A stretch of 53,836 nucleotides of DNA, from NCBI GenBank assembly GCA_044234625.1, contig JBIIIP010000004.1, positions 1 to 53,836 of the forward strand. Reading direction: 5' to 3'. The DNA is from Pirellulales bacterium (GTDB lineage Bacteria > Planctomycetota > Planctomycetia > Pirellulales > UBA1268). The notes under the pieces were generated by a model. That model was not told the DNA's origin. It made no database searches and saw only the letters and a program-made list of their open reading frames with translations. Each line of letters begins with the position of its first letter. Position 1 is the stretch's first letter. Position numbers and translations under genes: made by a program. This document shows, one piece after another, positions 48,417 through 53,836 of the stretch.

Positions 48417-51400
48417 ATGGAATCCTCGCCACGATGGACGAGTGACCGTCGAAGGGGTCTGGCCAGGCAAATCGCCACGCTTGTGGGCGGCCTTGCGGCA
48501 GCGGTCGGCTGGGCGCCGGCCTGGGCCGAGAGCGGCCCGGAAAAAATCTCCTACAACGAGCACATCCGGCCGATCCTGGTGGAAAATTGTTTCGGTTGCC
48601 ACGGGGCGGACAGCGCCGGCCGGAAGGCCGATCTGCGGCTCGACCAGCGTGATGCCGCCATCGAGAGCGGCGCGATCGCGCCGGGCGATCCTGATTCGAG
48701 CATCGCCCTCGACCGCATCTTCTCGGATGACCCCGAGGAGGTGATGCCCCCGCCGAGCCTCAAGAAGGTGCTCACTTCGGAGCAGAAGGAGTTGCTCTCA
48801 CGGTGGATCGCCGAGGGAGCGGAATACCAGCCGCACTGGTCGTTCACTCCGCCGCAGCGGCCCGCGCTGCCGGACGTGAAGCAGGAGATCCGGGTCAGGA
48901 ATCCGATCGACCGTTTCATTCTGTCCAAGCTCGAATCGCAGGGGCTCTCGCCCGCCCCGGAAGCCGATCGCCGCACGCTCGCCCGCCGGGTTTCGCTCGA
49001 CATCACCGGGCTGCCGCCGGAGCCCGAGGTCGTCGAGGCGTTCGTCGCCGATCCGCATTCCGACGCCTACGAGCGGCTCGTCGACCGCCTGCTCGCCACG
49101 CCCGACTGGGGCGAGCACCGCGGCCGCCACTGGCTCGACTACGCCCGCTATGCCGACACCCATGGCATCCACAACGACAACTACCGCGAGATGTGGGCCT
49201 ACCGTCAGTGGGTCGTGGATGCGTTCAACCGCAATCTGCCCTTCGACCAGTTCACGACCCTCCAGTTGGCGGGCGACCTCGCGGCCAAGGAACTCCCGGG
49301 CAGCCCCGATGAGAAGCTCGAGACCCAGATTGCCAGCGGCTTCAATCGCTGCAACATGACGACCAGCGAAGGGGGCATCATCGACGAGGAGTATCTCGTG
49401 CTCTATGCACGCGACCGCACCGAGACGACGGCCGCCGTCTGGATGGGGCTCACGGCAGGCTGCGCCGTCTGCCACAACCACAAGTTCGACCCGCTCTCGC
49501 AGAAGGAGTTCTACGAGCTCGCCGCGTTCTTCAATAACACGACGCAGGCCGCGAAAGACGGCAACGCGCTGGACACGCCGCCGATCGTGATCGTGCCGAA
49601 GCCCGAGGACCGGCCGCGGTTCGCCGCCCTCGAGGAGCAGCTTCCCAGGGTAAAGGGCCTGATCGAGAGCCGGCAGCAGGAGGCGAAACCGTTGTTCGAG
49701 TCGTGGCTCGCAGCGGCCACCCCTGAATTGATCGCGAGGATGCTGCCGCAGGACACGCCCCTTCTGCATCTTCCCCTCGCCGAGGGCGCCGGCACGAAGA
49801 CGAAGGCCGTGCTGCTTGGCAAGGAGACCGACCTGCCGCTCACCGACACGGTAACGTGGCAGGCCGGCCCGACCGCCTCGTCGGCGATCCTGCTGGAAGG
49901 AAAGGCCTGCGAGCTTTCCTCCGCCGGCGACTTCGAGCACGACCAGCCTTTCACGGTGTCGTTCTGGATCCGCCCGCCAGCGAACGACTCGCCGTACGCC
50001 GTCGTCTCCCGCATGGACGTCGGGCACGGGCACCGGGGTTGGGACGTGTTCGTGGGGGCCCGCCACGTCGCCTTTCATCTGATGCACGCCTACCCGGACG
50101 ACGCCATCAAGGTCTCCGCGTCGCAGCAACTGAAGCCCGATGCGTGGACGCTCGTCACGGTCGCCTACGACGGCTCGGGTACGGCGGAGGGCGTGAGAAT
50201 CCATTACGACGGGAAGTTGCAGGAAGCACGGTCGGAGGCCACCACCTTTAAGAAAAACTCGATCCGCACGGCGGTGCCGCTCCTGATCGGCAGCCGGATC
50301 GGGGGCTCGCCCGCGCACGCCGTCGGCCTCGGAGACCTGCGGATCTGGGGGCGGGCGCTTTCGGTCGGCGAGGTCGAGGGGCTCGCGCGGGCACAGGCGC
50401 TCATCGACGTGGCGAAACTGCCGCCCGCGGAGCGGCCCCAGGCTGCCGGCGGGTTCTACGGCTGGTGGCTCGCAAACCTGGACGAGCCGTTCAAGCAGGC
50501 GCAGGCCGCAGTGTCGGCGATCGAGGACGAGATGGCCGGCATCCGCAAGCGTGGCACGATCGCCCACGTGATGAACGAAAAGAACGAGATGGCGAAGGCC
50601 CACATCCTCGACCGCGGCGAGTATGACAAGCGCAAGGAAGAGGTGACGCCCGACACGCCCGAAATCCTGCCGCCGTTTCCAGCCGACCTGCCGAAAAACC
50701 GTCTCGGCCTCGCGAAGTGGCTGCTGCTCGAGGAGCATCCGCTCACCTCGCGGGTGACGGTGAATCGGTTCTGGCAGGAGGTTTTCGGTACCGGCCTGGT
50801 GCGGACGACCGGTGATTTCGGCATCTCGGGCGAACTGCCGAGCCACCCGGAGCTTCTCGACTGGCTGGCGGTCGAGTTCCGCGAGAGCGGCTGGGATGTG
50901 AAGCGGCTCTTCCGGCTCATGCTCACGAGCGCCGCCTACCGACAAAGCGCGGCGACGACGCCCGAGAAGCTCGCGAAGGACGGTGCCAACCGGCTCCTCT
51001 CGCGGGGGCCGCGGTTCCGCATGGATGCCGAAATGGTCCGCGACTCGGCACTCGCCGCCAGCGGCCTGCTCGTGAAGAAGATCGGCGGCGCGAGCGTGAA
51101 GCCCTACCAGCCCGAAGGCGTCTGGGAGGCTGTGGCCATGACGGAAAGCAACACACGGTTTTACAAGGTGGAATCGGGTGAACCGCTCTACCGTCGCAGC
51201 ATGTATTGGTTTTGGAAGCGGTCGGCCCCGCCCGCCTCGATGGAAATCCTCAACGCGCCGTCACGGGAGAACTGCACCGTGAAGCGGGAGCGCACCAACA
51301 CGCCGCTGCAGGCGCTCGTCACGCTCAACGACACGCAGTTCGTGGAGGCGGCACGGGTGCTGGCGGACCGGGCGATCCAATCAGACGACGCCGACGACGC

Positions 51401-51638
51401 CCGGATCGAGTTCATCGCAGCCCGCGTGCTCTCACGATCCCTCGTGGCGGAGGAGCTCGGCGTCGTGAAGCGATCGCTCGCCGACCTTTTGGCCTGGTAC
51501 GCCGCGCATCCCGACGAAGCCGCCAAGCTCGTGGCCGTCGGCGAATCGAAGCCGAAGTCGGCCAATGCCATCCAGCTCGCCGGGTGGACGATGCTGACCA
51601 ACGAATTGCTGAACCTGGACGAAGCCCTCTGCAAGTGA
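48417..51638 (+). CDS. PSD1 / planctomycete cytochrome c protein with LamG-like insert
   Basis: [36 protein letters not shown]; LamG-like FTVSFWI...[10 protein letters not shown]...DLRIWGRAL; DUF1553 motifs. Confidence 0.93.
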   Translation: MESSPRWTSDRRRGLARQIATLVGGLAAAVGWAPAWAESGPEKISYNEHIRPILVENCFGCHGADSAGRKADLRLDQRDAAIESGAIAPGDPDSSIALDRIFSDDPEEVMPPPSLKKVLTSEQKELLSRWIAEGAEYQPHWSFTPPQRPALPDVKQEIRVRNPIDRFILSKLESQGLSPAPEADRRTLARRVSLDITGLPPEPEVVEAFVADPHSDAYERLVDRLLATPDWGEHRGRHWLDYARYADTHGIHNDNYREMWAYRQWVVDAFNRNLPFDQFTTLQLAGDLAAKELPGSPDEKLETQIASGFNRCNMTTSEGGIIDEEYLVLYARDRTETTAAVWMGLTAGCAVCHNHKFDPLSQKEFYELAAFFNNTTQAAKDGNALDTPPIVIVPKPEDRPRFAALEEQLPRVKGLIESRQQEAKPLFESWLAAATPELIARMLPQDTPLLHLPLAEGAGTKTKAVLLGKETDLPLTDTVTWQAGPTASSAILLEGKACELSSAGDFEHDQPFTVSFWIRPPANDSPYAVVSRMDVGHGHRGWDVFVGARHVAFHLMHAYPDDAIKVSASQQLKPDAWTLVTVAYDGSGTAEGVRIHYDGKLQEARSEATTFKKNSIRTAVPLLIGSRIGGSPAHAVGLGDLRIWGRALSVGEVEGLARAQALIDVAKLPPAERPQAAGGFYGWWLANLDEPFKQAQAAVSAIEDEMAGIRKRGTIAHVMNEKNEMAKAHILDRGEYDKRKEEVTPDTPEILPPFPADLPKNRLGLAKWLLLEEHPLTSRVTVNRFWQEVFGTGLVRTTGDFGISGELPSHPELLDWLAVEFRESGWDVKRLFRLMLTSAAYRQSAATTPEKLAKDGANRLLSRGPRFRMDAEMVRDSALAASGLLVKKIGGASVKPYQPEGVWEAVAMTESNTRFYKVESGEPLYRRSMYWFWKRSAPPASMEILNAPSRENCTVKRERTNTPLQALVTLNDTQFVEAARVLADRAIQSDDADDARIEFIAARVLSRSLVAEELGVVKRSLADLLAWYAAHPDEAAKLVAVGESKPKSANAIQLAGWTMLTNELLNLDEALCK

Positions 51639-51675
51639 GCCGAGGGCGGCTGCCGTTTTTTGGGGAGACAGGCCG

Positions 51676-53163
51676 ATGAACCCACCCATCCATTCGCCGA
51701 TCGACGAAATCGGGCTGAACCTCACCCGGCGCAGGTTTTTTGAGCGTGGGAGCCACGTGCTCGGCGGTGCGGCACTGGCGTCGCTCATGGCCGAGGAAGG
51801 AGCCATCGCCCGAGCCAACGTGTCTGACGGCGTTGTGCCGGAGGCGGGGGCGATCGGTCCCCATTTCGCCCCCAAGGCGAAGCACGTGATCTACCTGCAC
51901 ATGGTGGGTGGGCCGCCGCAGCAGGACATGTTCGACTACAAGCCGGTGATGAACGACTGGTATGACAAGGATCTTCCTGAAAGTGTCCGCCAAGGCCAGC
52001 GGCTGACGACGATGACCTCGGGCCAGGGGCGATTCCCAATCGCGCCGTCGAAGTTCACATTCGCCCAGCATGGCGAGTGCGGCATGTGGGTCACGGAGTT
52101 GCTGCCGTGGACCGCGAAGATGGTCGATGAGATGTGCTTCATCCGCAGCATGCACACCGAGGCCATCAACCACGAACCGGCCATCACCTACATGCAGACG
52201 GGCAACCAGATCACGGGCCGGCCCTGCCTCGGCTCGTGGTTGAGCTATGGCCTCGGCTCGCTCAACAAGGACCTGCCAGCCTTCGTCGTACTCGTGGCGC
52301 GGCCTACGAACAACGAGCAGAATCAGGCGATCGGCGCCCGGCTTTGGGGCAGCGGCTTCCTGCCCGGCGAGCACGCGGGCGTGAGCTTCCGCTCGGCCGG
52401 CGACCCGATTCTCTACATCAATAACCCCCCCGGCGTGTCCGCGGAGGTGCGGCGGAAGACGCTCGACGGCCTGCAGGCCCTGAACGAGCGCACGCTGCGA
52501 CAGATCGGCGACCCGGAGACGCGGACGCGGATCTCGCAATACGAGATGGCCTTCCGCATGCAGACCAGCGTGCCCGAGCTGACGGACCTCGCCTCGGAGC
52601 CGGCGAGCACCTTCACGCTCTACGGGGAGGAGGCGAAGAAGCCGGGCACGTTCGCGAACACCGTGCTCATGGCTCGCCGGATGGTGGAGCGGGGCGTGCG
52701 GTTCGTGCAGGTCTACCTCAACAACTGGGACCACCACGGCAACCTCGCCGGTAGGTTGGTCAGCCAGTGCAAGGACATCGACCAGGCCTGCTACGGCCTC
52801 GTGCAGGACCTCAAAATGCGCGGCCTCTTGGACGAGACGCTCATCATCTGGGGGGGCGAGTTCGGCCGCACGGTCTACTCCCAAGGCGGCCTCTCCCGCG
52901 AGAACTACGGCCGCGACCATCATCCGCGGTGCTTCACGATGTGGATGGCCGGTGGTGGGGCGAAGCCGGGCGCCATCTATGGAGCCACCGACGATTTCTC
53001 GTACAATGTCACGCGGGATCCGGTGCACATCCGTGACTTCCACGCGACGGTGCTTCACCTTCTGGGGTTCGACCACGAACGGTTCACCTACCGCCACCTG
53101 GGGCTTGATTTCCGGCTGACGGGAGTCGAGCACGCCAAGGTGGTGAAGGATTTGCTGGCCTGA
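51676..53163 (+). CDS. DUF1501 domain protein, Tat-type signal
   Basis: [45 protein letters not shown]. Confidence 0.93.
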   Translation: MNPPIHSPIDEIGLNLTRRRFFERGSHVLGGAALASLMAEEGAIARANVSDGVVPEAGAIGPHFAPKAKHVIYLHMVGGPPQQDMFDYKPVMNDWYDKDLPESVRQGQRLTTMTSGQGRFPIAPSKFTFAQHGECGMWVTELLPWTAKMVDEMCFIRSMHTEAINHEPAITYMQTGNQITGRPCLGSWLSYGLGSLNKDLPAFVVLVARPTNNEQNQAIGARLWGSGFLPGEHAGVSFRSAGDPILYINNPPGVSAEVRRKTLDGLQALNERTLRQIGDPETRTRISQYEMAFRMQTSVPELTDLASEPASTFTLYGEEAKKPGTFANTVLMARRMVERGVRFVQVYLNNWDHHGNLAGRLVSQCKDIDQACYGLVQDLKMRGLLDETLIIWGGEFGRTVYSQGGLSRENYGRDHHPRCFTMWMAGGGAKPGAIYGATDDFSYNVTRDPVHIRDFHATVLHLLGFDHERFTYRHLGLDFRLTGVEHAKVVKDLLA

Positions 53164-53220
53164 TTCAGGCTCAGTGGTCGCCAAGCCCCGTCCCTTTCCT
53201 CCACCCGGAGCCAAGCCACC

Positions 53221-53836
53221 ATGCGTTGTGCGCGTCTGTGTCTCGAAGCCGTCGTGGCCGTAGGCATGCTCTGCGGAAGTCTCGTCGTTGCGGCCCGGCC
53301 AGCCTGTGCCGATGACAAGCCGGCCGACGCCCTCGATCCGATGAAGACGGCCCGCGAAATGCTCGCCCTCCCGGCCCGTCCGCCTCGCCCGGAGCTGCCT
53401 CCGAGCAAGTTGCCGCTGGCATTTGTGGAGGGGGAGCGGATCGCGCTGGTCGGCAATTCCACGGCGGAGCGGATGAATCTCTTCGGGCACTTCGAGGCGT
53501 TGCTCCACCAGCGGTTTCCCGGCAAGAAACTGGTGGTCCGCAATTTCGCCCGGCCCGCCGACGAGGTGGCCAACCAGCAGCGGGCGAGCGACTACACGAA
53601 ACTCGACGACCCGCTGGCGGCCTTCGGTGCCGACACGTACTTGCTGTTCTTCGGCTTCAACGAATCGTTTGCCGGGCCGGACGGCGTGGAGAAATTTAAG
53701 GCCGATTACGGGAAACTCATCGATGACATGGCGGCAAAGTACAGGCGCGACGACTCGCAGGCCGCGCCGCGATTCGTGATCGTCTCTCCGATTGCCGTCG
53801 AGGACTCTGGCGATCCGCTGCTCCCCGACGCCGGCG
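53221..53836 (+). CDS. Secreted protein with SGNH/GDSL-like N-terminal domain (probably PVC-type heme-binding protein), runs off the window
   Basis: Hand translation: signal peptide, ERIALVGNSTAERM, VVRNFARPADE, FFGFNES, VSPIAVE; open to the window end. Confidence 0.75.
   Translation, partial: MRCARLCLEAVVAVGMLCGSLVVAARPACADDKPADALDPMKTAREMLALPARPPRPELPPSKLPLAFVEGERIALVGNSTAERMNLFGHFEALLHQRFPGKKLVVRNFARPADEVANQQRASDYTKLDDPLAAFGADTYLLFFGFNESFAGPDGVEKFKADYGKLIDDMAAKYRRDDSQAAPRFVIVSPIAVEDSGDPLLPDAG

Noticed and set aside
48798-53508. 715-aa and 698-aa minus-strand ORFs
   Set aside because: Antisense shadows of the PSD1 and DUF1501 genes.
1-53836. CRISPR arrays, tRNA/rRNA, transposases, integrases, phage or defence genes
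   Set aside because: None recognised by eye; the SNF2 helicase has no defence-type neighbours.

Overview
High-GC, gene-dense bacterial window, almost certainly a planctomycete (two PSD1/DUF1549-DUF1553 cytochrome c + DUF1501 pairs, a DUF1559 pilin-like protein and a partial SGNH-like protein of the PVC type). It holds about 34 CDSs. Core genes: miaE (partial), csrA, a phoB/phoR-like pair, an SNF2 helicase, hemE/ccsA-like/hemA, rpiB, bamA and a GT9. No rRNA, tRNA, CRISPR array or mobile element was recognised. Most interesting: (1) a co-oriented cluster of an NPCBM-like lipoprotein and two large paralogous secreted beta-propeller/sugar-binding proteins sharing His-containing motifs; (2) several proteins with apparently dead catalytic or attachment sites (Sua5 domain fused to a YwlE-type phosphatase, ACP lacking its Ser fused to an AONS/SPT-type enzyme, alpha-2-macroglobulin lacking its thioester, SNF2 with a degenerate SWIM finger); (3) a BamA whose last POTRA is split by a ~185-aa Pro/Gln insert; (4) a recurring CGATACACT/TAnnnT -10 motif suggesting leaderless mRNAs. 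All family calls come from motif recognition by eye; no searches were run.
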